A stretch of DNA of 64,000 nucleotides from Anaerolineae bacterium (GTDB lineage Bacteria; Chloroflexota; Anaerolineae; DRVO01): the NCBI GenBank assembly GCA_013178015.1, contig JABLXR010000030.1, forward strand, positions 51,238 to 115,237. The letters are read 5' to 3'. Below the pieces are notes generated by a model, which made no database searches, was not told where the DNA came from, and saw only the letters and a program-made list of their open reading frames with translations. Each line of letters opens with the position of its first letter. The first letter of the stretch is position 1. Shown one piece after another: positions 36,657 through 44,485 of the stretch. A program made the position numbers and the translations under genes.

Positions 36657-37691
36657 ATGATGCCGAAGCGGGATCAAGAGGCAGCTCGCCACAAGCTAAC
36701 ATCTCTGCTGGCGCTTGCCAAGGGCAATCGCCGGGTGCTCATCGTTACCCACAACGATCCGGACCCGGATGCAATTGGTTCGGCCCTGGGCCTGGGGGAG
36801 CTATTGCAGCGCCGAGCTGGCCTGGAGACGGTTCTGGCTTACAGCGGCATCGTGGGCCGGGCAGAGAACAAGGCCATGGTGGCGGAGCTGAACATACCGC
36901 TTCGGCCGCTTTACACTCTGGATTGCGACCAGTTTGACTTGGTTGCACTGGTGGACACGCAGCCGGGCCACGGTAACCAGCCCTTCAGCTCAGGGTGCCC
37001 GCCTCACATTGTGGTGGACCATCACCGCCTGCGGCCGGAGACCGCCTCTGCTGCCTTCTACGACGTCCGAGAGGACTACTCTGCCACTTCCACCATAGTC
37101 ACCTGGTACCTGCGAGATGCCCGGGTGCGCATCACCCCCCGGATTGCCACAGCGCTGTTCTACGGGATCAAGGCTGATACCTTGGGCCTGGCCCGGCCCT
37201 CGCACCCGGATGACGCTCGGGCCTACGTCTTCCTACAACAACGGGTGGACCCGCAGGCGCTGGTACGCATCGAGAGCGCCAGCCTGTCTCCAGAGTACTA
37301 CCAGACGCTGGATAAGGCTCTCCACCACACCCGCCTGTACGATGGCCTGGTGGTGGCACGGCTGGGGGAGATGCGCTACCCGGACATGGCGGCTGAGGTG
37401 GCGGACTTCCTGCGACGTCTAGAGGACGTGAAGATCGTGCTGGCGGTAGGCAACTACGCCGGAGACGTGATCGTGTCTCTGAGATCGCCGGAGCGGGGGA
37501 TGCGGCTGGACGAGCTGATTCAGCAGGTGATCACGCACGATGGCGCTGCTGGGGGGCACGACTACATGGCGGCCGGCCGGGTACGCGCTTCCTTAGCCGG
37601 AGCGGTGGAGGAGACCGAGATGGAGATTGTGCGCCGCTTCACCCAGGCCCTGGGTGTGGATCCTCACCGCGGCCGCCCCCTGCTAGACTGA
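36657..37691 (+). CDS. DHH/DHHA1 phosphoesterase (NrnA-like oligoribonuclease / pAp phosphatase)
   Basis: DHH motifs VTHNDPDPDAIGSA and DHH (VVDHHR). DHHA1-like C-terminus with GGH (AAGGHDYMAAG). Confidence 0.85.
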   Translation: MMPKRDQEAARHKLTSLLALAKGNRRVLIVTHNDPDPDAIGSALGLGELLQRRAGLETVLAYSGIVGRAENKAMVAELNIPLRPLYTLDCDQFDLVALVDTQPGHGNQPFSSGCPPHIVVDHHRLRPETASAAFYDVREDYSATSTIVTWYLRDARVRITPRIATALFYGIKADTLGLARPSHPDDARAYVFLQQRVDPQALVRIESASLSPEYYQTLDKALHHTRLYDGLVVARLGEMRYPDMAAEVADFLRRLEDVKIVLAVGNYAGDVIVSLRSPERGMRLDELIQQVITHDGAAGGHDYMAAGRVRASLAGAVEETEMEIVRRFTQALGVDPHRGRPLLD

Positions 37692-37733
37692 TTCCGTAAG
37701 CTCGGCCCACCCAGGCCTGCCTCGCTCTGGGAA

Positions 37734-38375
37734 CTACTTGCTCTCGGCCCGACGGCGGCGGTAGAAGCGCCGGGCCTTAGCCCGGTTGCCGCAGTCTGAC
37801 ATGGCGCACCAGCGACGGCTGCGGTTGCGGCTCCGGTCGAGGAACAGCCAGCCGCATGGGTCTCCGGCGCACTGCCGCACCCGTCCTAGGTCTCCCTGGG
37901 TGAGCAGATCGGCGGCGGACCGGACCACCGGCCAGAGGACCCGGTCCAGCGGCGGCTGATCGGACCAGCCCCAGACGTAGCCTCCCCCGACGAAGACAAT
38001 CCGGGCCTGAGCCATGGCCTCCCCCAGGAAGGCGTTCACCGTCTCCAGGTCTTGAGCCGGCGGGGTACCCTCATGGGCCACGGCGGCGAAAACGCGGTAG
38101 ATGGACTCGCGCAGCCGGAGAGCGCGCTGCAGAGCGGCGGCGGCCTCCTCCGGCCGACGCTCTGCGTGTCGCAGCAGCTCTTGGGCCTGCTCGGGTTCTA
38201 GAGCTCCGGCATGCTGTCCCCAGGCGATCAGGTCCCCGTAGGTCTTCAGCCACTCGATGGGCGCCTCGCTCAGCCGCCAGTCCACGGTGTTGGCGAAATC
38301 CAGGCAGAGCTGCCCGCCCAGCAGTTGCAGATCTACTACGCGCCTGTCGGACGTCGAATCAGCCATCATAACCAC
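37734..38375 (-). CDS. ABATE-domain / CGNR zinc-finger protein
   Basis: C-terminal CxxC...CGNR motif (CAGDPCGW...CAMSDCGNRAKARRFYRRRR). Confidence 0.85.
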   Translation of the reverse strand: MVMMADSTSDRRVVDLQLLGGQLCLDFANTVDWRLSEAPIEWLKTYGDLIAWGQHAGALEPEQAQELLRHAERRPEEAAAALQRALRLRESIYRVFAAVAHEGTPPAQDLETVNAFLGEAMAQARIVFVGGGYVWGWSDQPPLDRVLWPVVRSAADLLTQGDLGRVRQCAGDPCGWLFLDRSRNRSRRWCAMSDCGNRAKARRFYRRRRAESK

Positions 38376-38504
38376 CTAAACGCTCTTGACAGGTTAGGCC
38401 AGCTGTACTACACTCTAACCACTGTAGAGAGAATAGCCGGTCATCACGCAGGTGGCAAACTCCGAGCATCGCATGGCAGGCCGACAGCGGGGGCAGGAGG
38501 GGGA

Positions 38505-38801
38505 ATGATCAACCTCTACGCACTGGAGGAGTTGGCGAGGCAGAAGCGGGAGCGGTACGAAGAGGAGGCCCGGCGCGAGCGCTGGCTACGCCAGGTTGCC
38601 CCCGACCGTGCGTCCCTGTGGCGGTGGGCGTTCAACAGGGCCGGTCAGGTCCTGGTGGTGCTGGGCTTATGGCTGGAGCTCAGGTCCGGGGCTCTCGTGC
38701 CACCGTCTGCGATAGCCGATCACGCACACATCCCAGACTACCTCGATGCCGTTCTCTCGGCAGAACCGAACCGCCTCCGCAGACTCCGCCCCTGGCTGTA
38801 G
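38505..38801 (+). CDS. Questionable small ORF (98 aa) with C-terminal hydrophobic segment
   Basis: Good Shine-Dalgarno (GGCAGGAGGGGGA) before the ATG, but the 3' half is antisense to the CoA-binding gene, whose antisense frame is also open in its paralog. Possibly spurious. Confidence 0.25.
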   Translation: MINLYALEELARQKRERYEEEARRERWLRQVAPDRASLWRWAFNRAGQVLVVLGLWLELRSGALVPPSAIADHAHIPDYLDAVLSAEPNRLRRLRPWL

Positions 38802-39086
38802 CCACACTCGAGTCAGACCGAGATCGGCGCACTGGCGGAGGACCGGCTCGGCCTCCGCGGGAGGCACGACCATACTGACTACTTCGGGCTTGACCGGGAG
38901 GTGGGCCAGCGTGGGGTAGACTGGGCGTCCTAGGATCTGGTCAGCGTTGGGGTTCACCCCGTATACCTCGTATCCGGCCCGGAGCAGAGAGGCGTAGACC
39001 CGATGTCCGTACTTGTTCGGGTCCCGACTGGCCCCCACCACCGCCCAGCGCCTCCGGGCAGTGAAGTCCTCGACGCGCTCGATCAT
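38667..39086 (-). CDS. CoA-binding domain protein (YccU-like)
   Basis: RRWAVVGASRDPNKYGHRVY...GYEVYGVNP Rossmann-like CoA-binding motif, ~139 aa. Confidence 0.8.
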   Translation of the reverse strand: MIERVEDFTARRRWAVVGASRDPNKYGHRVYASLLRAGYEVYGVNPNADQILGRPVYPTLAHLPVKPEVVSMVVPPAEAEPVLRQCADLGLTRVWLQPGAESAEAVRFCRENGIEVVWDVCVIGYRRRWHESPGPELQP

Positions 39087-39135
39087 GCCGTGGACATCTA
39101 CCAACGCTGCCTCCCAGCAGGAGATGAGGGCACCA

Positions 39136-39531
39136 TCAGTCCCAGGAGCGGCGCCGGTGCACCATGGCACAGGCATCCCAGACCACCTGAATACCGTTCT
39201 CCAGGCAGAAGCGGATGGCCTCCTCCGATTCGGCCCCTGGCTGCATCCAAACCCGGGTCAGGCCCAGCTCGGCGCACTGGCGCACGATCTGCTCAGTGAT
39301 CGAGGGAGGGACGACCACGTTCACCACGTCCGGCTTCTCCGGCAGGTCGGCCAGGGTGGGGTAGATGGTCTGGCCCAGTACCTCGCCGCCTTTGGGGTTC
39401 ACGCCCTGGACCCAGTAGCCCGATTCGAGAAGCACAGAGAAGACCTTGTGTCCGTATTTCGCCGGGTCCTGGCTGACGCCCACCACCGCCCAGCGGCGGC
39501 GGGAGATGAAATCCTCTATCCGAGCCGCCAT
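39136..39531 (-). CDS. CoA-binding domain protein, tandem paralog
   Basis: RRWAVVGVSQDPAKYGHKVF...GYWVQGVNP; alignable throughout with the downstream copy. Confidence 0.8.
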   Translation of the reverse strand: MAARIEDFISRRRWAVVGVSQDPAKYGHKVFSVLLESGYWVQGVNPKGGEVLGQTIYPTLADLPEKPDVVNVVVPPSITEQIVRQCAELGLTRVWMQPGAESEEAIRFCLENGIQVVWDACAMVHRRRSWD

Positions 39532-39690
39532 CTCGTTCACCGTCTGCTCCCAGGTGGCGCGCCACCGGCACCACCTACTCATCCAGATGACCGACGTCCA
39601 TGTAGACTACCGCAGAGCCGCGGCATACACCAGCCCAGCCCCGGTCTGCCATTCGCTCCAGCAGCGGACTCAGAAGGGCAAGCCGGACCC

Positions 39691-40116
39691 CTAAGAGGAG
39701 AGGGCCTGCCCGGGGATGGCCGCGTCCAGGCCATCTGGCCAGCCCCACCCGCAGACGAGTTTCTCCAGCCCCGCCTCATCCATGGCTATCGCGTCGGCCT
39801 GGTCGGCGGCGAGATCGTGCCAGAGGTTGCCCCAGGCCAGTGCCTCCCGCGAGAGGCGGTGCAAACCCTACGCATCGCCAGTCCGCACTCGATGAGCCAG
39901 CACCCTGCTCTGGCCGGAGCCGATGCGGGCCACCCATCTGCCCACCTGCCGCTGGCCCTGGGAGCGACTGAGCCAGAGGAGGCCGCCGCATCGGGGGCCG
40001 CCACGCTCAAACCGTGCCACGACGTGGCGACAGAGAGAGGTCTTGCCGCTGCCGGGCTCACCTGTGACCAGGACGGTTGGGTCAGGGTCTGCCCCTCCAG
40101 ACGGCCGCCGCCTCAA
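39691..40116 (-). pseudogene. THEP1-like P-loop NTPase interrupted by an in-frame TAG (39868-39870)
   Basis: Walker A VTGEPGSGKTSL sits upstream of the TAG. In the same frame downstream come the Walker B-like AIAMDEAGLEKL and the rest of the domain, ending at TAG 39691-39693. The ATG overlaps the upstream gene stop (ATGA). Confidence 0.55.
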
Positions 40117-41081
40117 GGTCCGCCCTCCCGGAGGCGACGAACCAGGTCGGGGTAAGCTCGAACGAGCCGACGCTTCCTCAGGTTCTCCCTCAGGATCCAG
40201 GCCAGGTCCCGGTCCTGGGAGCGGGCCAACCTGGCCAGGAGAGCCGGTCCGCTCTCCGGATGAGCTACGGCAACCACGCTGATGGTGTATCCGAGAGCTT
40301 GCCGGAAAACACGGAAATCACCTGTCCGATCTTCGGCTGTCTCCACCTGGTCCAGCAACCGCTGGTGCAGAGCTACGGCCTCTGCCGCCACCCAGGGTCG
40401 GGCAAGCACGACGGGATCGGCGACCCCGGCCGCCACCGCCCTCATCTCCAGCCACGCTCCCGAACCGATCCAGGAGCTCAGCGCCTCCAAGGTCTCCTGT
40501 GGGCGCGCCGTCAGCAAGGCCTGGAGCCCGTTGGCCACCGCCTCGCGCAGACGCCAGCGCTGGTCACGGGAGAGCGCCTTCAGTCGCTCCCGGGCCTCCT
40601 CTACGCGCTGGCCAGTGACGGCGGCGATGGAGCCGAGGGCCCAGGCTCCGCAGAAGGGCAGGAGCTCCAGTGGGTCACCCGTGGGGGCCAGGGAGTGATG
40701 GATCCCCGTCCAGCTCAGGGAGAGTGACCACGTCCGGTCGAGCTCGTGATGGGCGGCTTGTGTGGCCTCCTGGACGAAGGCGGCGGCCAGCTCCAGGTTG
40801 CCCCGAGGACCGGGGAGGCCGCTGTGCTGCATCAGATAGGCGCGGAGAGGACCCTCGTCTCCCGCATGGAGGCAGTGACACACCAAGGGTTCTAGCTCCC
40901 GGCGAAAGGCCTGCCGCCGGCTACCGACTGCTGCCATGGTCGCTCCCGGGCTCGCGTCCGCGGACTCTGGGCAAGTGTAGCTGAGGGCTGCTCCTCCGTC
41001 ACGTGCTTTGGCTCCGACGGCCGTAGACCTGGCGGTGGGGGACAGCGGCCTTGGTTGCCGGAAGCCCTTGACTTCTGCCAC
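40113..41081 (-). CDS. Hypothetical alpha-helical (HEAT/ARM-like) repeat protein
   Basis: Repetitive helical segments (LELAAAFVQEA..., LREAVANGLQALL..., LAWILRENL). Alternative ATG at 40937. No confident family. Confidence 0.5.
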   Translation of the reverse strand: MAEVKGFRQPRPLSPTARSTAVGAKARDGGAALSYTCPESADASPGATMAAVGSRRQAFRRELEPLVCHCLHAGDEGPLRAYLMQHSGLPGPRGNLELAAAFVQEATQAAHHELDRTWSLSLSWTGIHHSLAPTGDPLELLPFCGAWALGSIAAVTGQRVEEARERLKALSRDQRWRLREAVANGLQALLTARPQETLEALSSWIGSGAWLEMRAVAAGVADPVVLARPWVAAEAVALHQRLLDQVETAEDRTGDFRVFRQALGYTISVVAVAHPESGPALLARLARSQDRDLAWILRENLRKRRLVRAYPDLVRRLREGGP

Positions 41082-41148
41082 AATGTCACCTTAGGCGGGC
41101 AGGAATGCAGCTACAGGCGGGAAGAAGGCCCCGCCGCACAAAGAAGGG

Positions 41149-41937
41149 ATGATGTCTTACACGATTGCGGTTAGCGGCAAAGGAGGCACCGGCAAGACTG
41201 CGGTGGCGGCTCTCTTGATTGACACTCTGCTGCGGTCCACCGAGGCGACCTTGTTGGCGGTGGACGCTGACCCGGCCAGCAACCTCCATCTGGCACTGGG
41301 CATGCCCTTGCACCGGACGGTGGGCGACATACGGGAGGAGGCCCTCGGCCTGACGCGAAGTGGATCCTTCCCGGTGGGTATGAGCAAGCAAGACTATCTG
41401 GAGTACCAGATAGAGGACCTGCTGGTGGAGGGCGAGCGGGTGGACCTACTGGCCATGGGTCGCCCAGAAGGCCAGGGATGCTACTGCGCCGCCAACAACA
41501 TGCTCCGGGCCATCCTGGATCGGATGGCGCGGTCGTACGACTACGTGGTGATAGACACCGAGGCGGGCATGGAGCACCTGAGTCGCCACACTACCCGGGA
41601 TGCCGATTACCTGCTGTTGGTGTCCGATCCCATAGTACGGGGGATAGCCTCGGCTGGGGTGATGGCCCGTATGGTGCCCCAGCTGGAGATCTCGGTCGGC
41701 CGGATCGGGTTTGCCCTCAACCGGGTGCCGGGTGGAGAGTTGGCCAACTTGCCTGATGAGGTGCGGGAGGCGATCGAACGGGAGGGATTGGAGCTGGTGG
41801 CCGTGTTGCCAGCGGACCCGCTGGTGGGTCAATTCGATGCCGTCGGTCGACCGCTGGCGCAGCTTCCGCAGGACTCCCCTTTCCGACTGGCGGTCGAAGC
41901 GCTGGTGCGCCGGGAGTTCGTGCCCTCGCCGCCATGA
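41149..41937 (+). CDS. CooC/AcsF-like nickel-insertion ATPase (MinD/ParA superfamily)
   Basis: Deviant Walker A VSGKGGTGKT, plus the CxC metal motif (GCYCAANNMLR) characteristic of CooC-type maturases. AAGAAGGG Shine-Dalgarno. Confidence 0.75.
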   Translation: MMSYTIAVSGKGGTGKTAVAALLIDTLLRSTEATLLAVDADPASNLHLALGMPLHRTVGDIREEALGLTRSGSFPVGMSKQDYLEYQIEDLLVEGERVDLLAMGRPEGQGCYCAANNMLRAILDRMARSYDYVVIDTEAGMEHLSRHTTRDADYLLLVSDPIVRGIASAGVMARMVPQLEISVGRIGFALNRVPGGELANLPDEVREAIEREGLELVAVLPADPLVGQFDAVGRPLAQLPQDSPFRLAVEALVRREFVPSPP

Positions 41938-42136
41938 CCCACCACTCAACCGGGCCATGGCGCAGCAGCTCAGCATGGAGGGTACGAGTGTAGACAGCCG
42001 GCAGTTGCACGGGGTGGGGCAGCGCAGCGATTCTCTCATGGGCTCCCAGGGCAGACCTTTCGCCTGGCTCCGAGGGAAAGGCGATGGCGTTCGAGTCCTC
42101 CTTGAGGATTGAACGTCCCCAGGCGCGGCAGGCACA

Positions 42137-42310
42137 CATGCACAGGGCGCGCGTGGGCGCGCGCACTCCTCGAACGGGGGGTGCTCCGGGCGGGGTGGCA
42201 TATGTGCAGGGCGCGCGCACTCCTCGGGCGAGGGTGCTCCGCGCGCGGTGGGCACCTGTGCAGGGCGCGCGTGGGCGGGCGCACTCCTCGAGGGAGGGTC
42301 TAGTGCAGCG
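42137..42310. repeat. Intergenic GC-rich tandem repeat, ~55-65-bp unit in ~3 copies (core tgtgcagggcgcgcg[tgggcgNgcg]cactcctcgRRSgRgggtgctccgNgcgNggtgggcaY)
   Basis: Read directly: copies at about 42137-42202, 42201-42255 and 42256-42300, with a partial fourth start (tagtgcag). Located between the CooC-like gene and the ABC exporter. Confidence 0.7.
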
Positions 42311-42418
42311 AAGGACCTGAGCGGCGGTGCCGGCCAGAATCCACGCCCGCGATCCTGAGCGGTCACACGGTTGGCTCGGCGAAGGTACTACCGTATACTG
42401 GAGACAATACAGAAAGGC

Positions 42419-44350
42419 ATGGGCGCCGCAGAGCCGCGGCGCCCGAACGGCGTCCGGACTTGCCACGGGCGTCTCGTCGGTCTTGGCCGTCCGGCTGAGC
42501 GCGTGAGGGACGCAGGGACAGGGTCGGAGGCGGCGTCAGAGGCGGTTTCCCCGGAGGATCGGGACTTGAGTACCCTCAAGTTTGTGTTTTCGTATGCCCG
42601 CAACTACTCGAAGGCCATGGCGCTCACTATAGGGGCCATGGTGGCGCTTGTCGGACTGGACCTGGTGGGTCCGCTGGTGATTCGCCGGCTCATCTCCGTG
42701 GTGGGGGACCCGGCCATGGGGGCACGGGCCGTGGGCGGGGTGGCGCGCCTGGCCTTGCTCTACCTCGGCGTCTCGGCCCTTCGGGGGGTCTTCGAGTTCG
42801 TGAGCAGCTACATGGGGCACGTGGCCGGCTGGGGCGTGGTGGCGGACACCCGCCGGCTCACGTACCAGCACGTGCAGCGGCTGTCCCTTCGCTTCTACGA
42901 GGACCAGAAGACGGGCGAGCTGATGTCTCGGGTGGTCAACGATACAAACCTGTTCGAAGCCATCATCGCCCATGCTGTTCCCAACACGCTGGTCAACGTG
43001 CTCACCTTGATCGGGATCAGCGCCATACTGACGGTGCTGAACTGGAGGTTGATGCTGCTGACGTTGGTACCGGTACCTCTTGTTGTCGTGGCCATGCGCG
43101 CCTTCGCCAAATACGTGCGTCCTGCCTTCCGCGATCGGCAGAAGGAATTGGCCGAGCTCAATGCCTCCATCAACGACAACCTGTCGGGCATCCGGGAGAT
43201 CAAGGCCTTCAGCCGCGAGGAGTCGGAGGCGGCGCGGGTAGGGCGGCACATAGATCGCTACCGGGATTCGTTGCTCCGGGCACTCCGGCTTATGGCGACG
43301 TTCAATCCCTTCGTTCAGTTCTCGTCCCAGATTGGCTACATCATCGTGATCTACTTCGGCGGTCGCCTGGCCTTTCAGAACGTACTGCCGGTGGCCGACC
43401 TGATCACCTTCTTCCTCTACCTGGAGCGGTTCTACCAGCCGGTCCGGATGTTGGCGGGAAGCTGGGAGCAGGTGCAGGAAGCTCTGGCGGGGGCCGATAG
43501 GGTAGCGGAGCTACTGCAGCAGGAGCCCGAGGTGAGCGAGCGGCCGGGAGCGGTGGCTCTCGCTCGTCGGGCCGAGGGGCACATCCAATTCCACAACGTC
43601 AGCTTCCGGTATGACAAGGGCGAGATGGTACTGCGTCACGTAGACCTCGATATCCCTGCCGGGACGGTAGTGGCCCTGGTGGGGCCAACGGGCGTAGGCA
43701 AGACCACACTCGCGAGTCTCATCCCGCGCTTCTACGACGTGACGGAAGGGTCCATCACTCTTGACGGGCACGATCTGCGGGACCTAACGCTCAAGAGCCT
43801 GCGCGAGCAGATCAGCATGGTGCTCCAGGACGTGTTCTTGTTCCACGGCACGGTGAGGGAGAATATCCTCTTTGGCCGCCCCAACGCTACCGACGCCGAG
43901 GTGATCGAGGCGGCCAAGGTGGCCAACGCTCACGACTTCATCGTCAACGACCTGTCGGATGGCTACGACACCATCATCGGCGAACGCGGGGTGAAGCTGT
44001 CAGGCGGACAGAAGCAACGCATCTCCATCGCTCGGGCAGTGCTCAAGGATGCACCCATCCTGATCCTGGACGAAGCTACCTCGAGCGTGGACACCGAGAC
44101 CGAGTTGCTCATCCAGCAGGCCCTGGATCGCCTTACCGAAGGCCGGACTACGCTGATCATCGCCCATCGGCTCTCCACTATCCGCAATGCGGATCAGATC
44201 GTGGTTCTGGCTGAGGACGGCATCGCGGAGATGGGCACACACGCGGAGCTGATGGCCCGGGACGGCCTCTACCGACACCTGTGCGAGATTCAGACGCGCG
44301 TGGCCCAGGGCGACCTCGCTGCAGCCAGGAGTCAGCGCCGCACGGCATAG
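42419..44350 (+). CDS. ABC exporter, fused transmembrane and ATP-binding domains (MsbA/multidrug-type)
   Basis: Six TM helices followed by the NBD with Walker A (GPTGVGKTT), signature LSGGQKQRISIARA and Walker B ILILDEATS. Start uncertain (ORF is open from 42371; the ATG at 42419 has a GAAAGG Shine-Dalgarno). Confidence 0.85.
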   Translation: MGAAEPRRPNGVRTCHGRLVGLGRPAERVRDAGTGSEAASEAVSPEDRDLSTLKFVFSYARNYSKAMALTIGAMVALVGLDLVGPLVIRRLISVVGDPAMGARAVGGVARLALLYLGVSALRGVFEFVSSYMGHVAGWGVVADTRRLTYQHVQRLSLRFYEDQKTGELMSRVVNDTNLFEAIIAHAVPNTLVNVLTLIGISAILTVLNWRLMLLTLVPVPLVVVAMRAFAKYVRPAFRDRQKELAELNASINDNLSGIREIKAFSREESEAARVGRHIDRYRDSLLRALRLMATFNPFVQFSSQIGYIIVIYFGGRLAFQNVLPVADLITFFLYLERFYQPVRMLAGSWEQVQEALAGADRVAELLQQEPEVSERPGAVALARRAEGHIQFHNVSFRYDKGEMVLRHVDLDIPAGTVVALVGPTGVGKTTLASLIPRFYDVTEGSITLDGHDLRDLTLKSLREQISMVLQDVFLFHGTVRENILFGRPNATDAEVIEAAKVANAHDFIVNDLSDGYDTIIGERGVKLSGGQKQRISIARAVLKDAPILILDEATSSVDTETELLIQQALDRLTEGRTTLIIAHRLSTIRNADQIVVLAEDGIAEMGTHAELMARDGLYRHLCEIQTRVAQGDLAAARSQRRTA

Positions 44351-44358
44351 AACGATAG

Positions 44359-44485
44359 GTGATGCGTGATGCGTGATGCGTGATACGTGATACGTGATGC
44401 GTGAAGAGTGATGCGTCACTCATGGTGCAATGTTTCACGCATCACGTATCACGCATCACGCATCACGTATCACTCTTCACGTATC
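44359..44485. repeat. Long imperfect inverted repeat built from tandem heptamers GTGATRC (left arm) and GYATCAC (right arm), forming a ~55-bp stem with ~16-nt loop
   Basis: Read directly from sequence. Lies between the convergent ABC exporter (stop 44350) and FrhB-like gene (stop 44470). The right arm overlaps the last ~5 codons of the FrhB-like gene. Confidence 0.75.

Noticed and set aside
42137-42310. Possible CRISPR array
   Set aside because: The repeats are contiguous, variable in length, and have no interspersed unique spacers of constant size. No cas genes in the window.
41446-42466. Minus-strand ORFs of 306 and 249 aa spanning the 42.1-42.3 kb tandem repeat
   Set aside because: They read through a non-coding GC-rich tandem repeat and encode Ala/Arg/Pro low-complexity sequence with no Shine-Dalgarno; treated as spurious.
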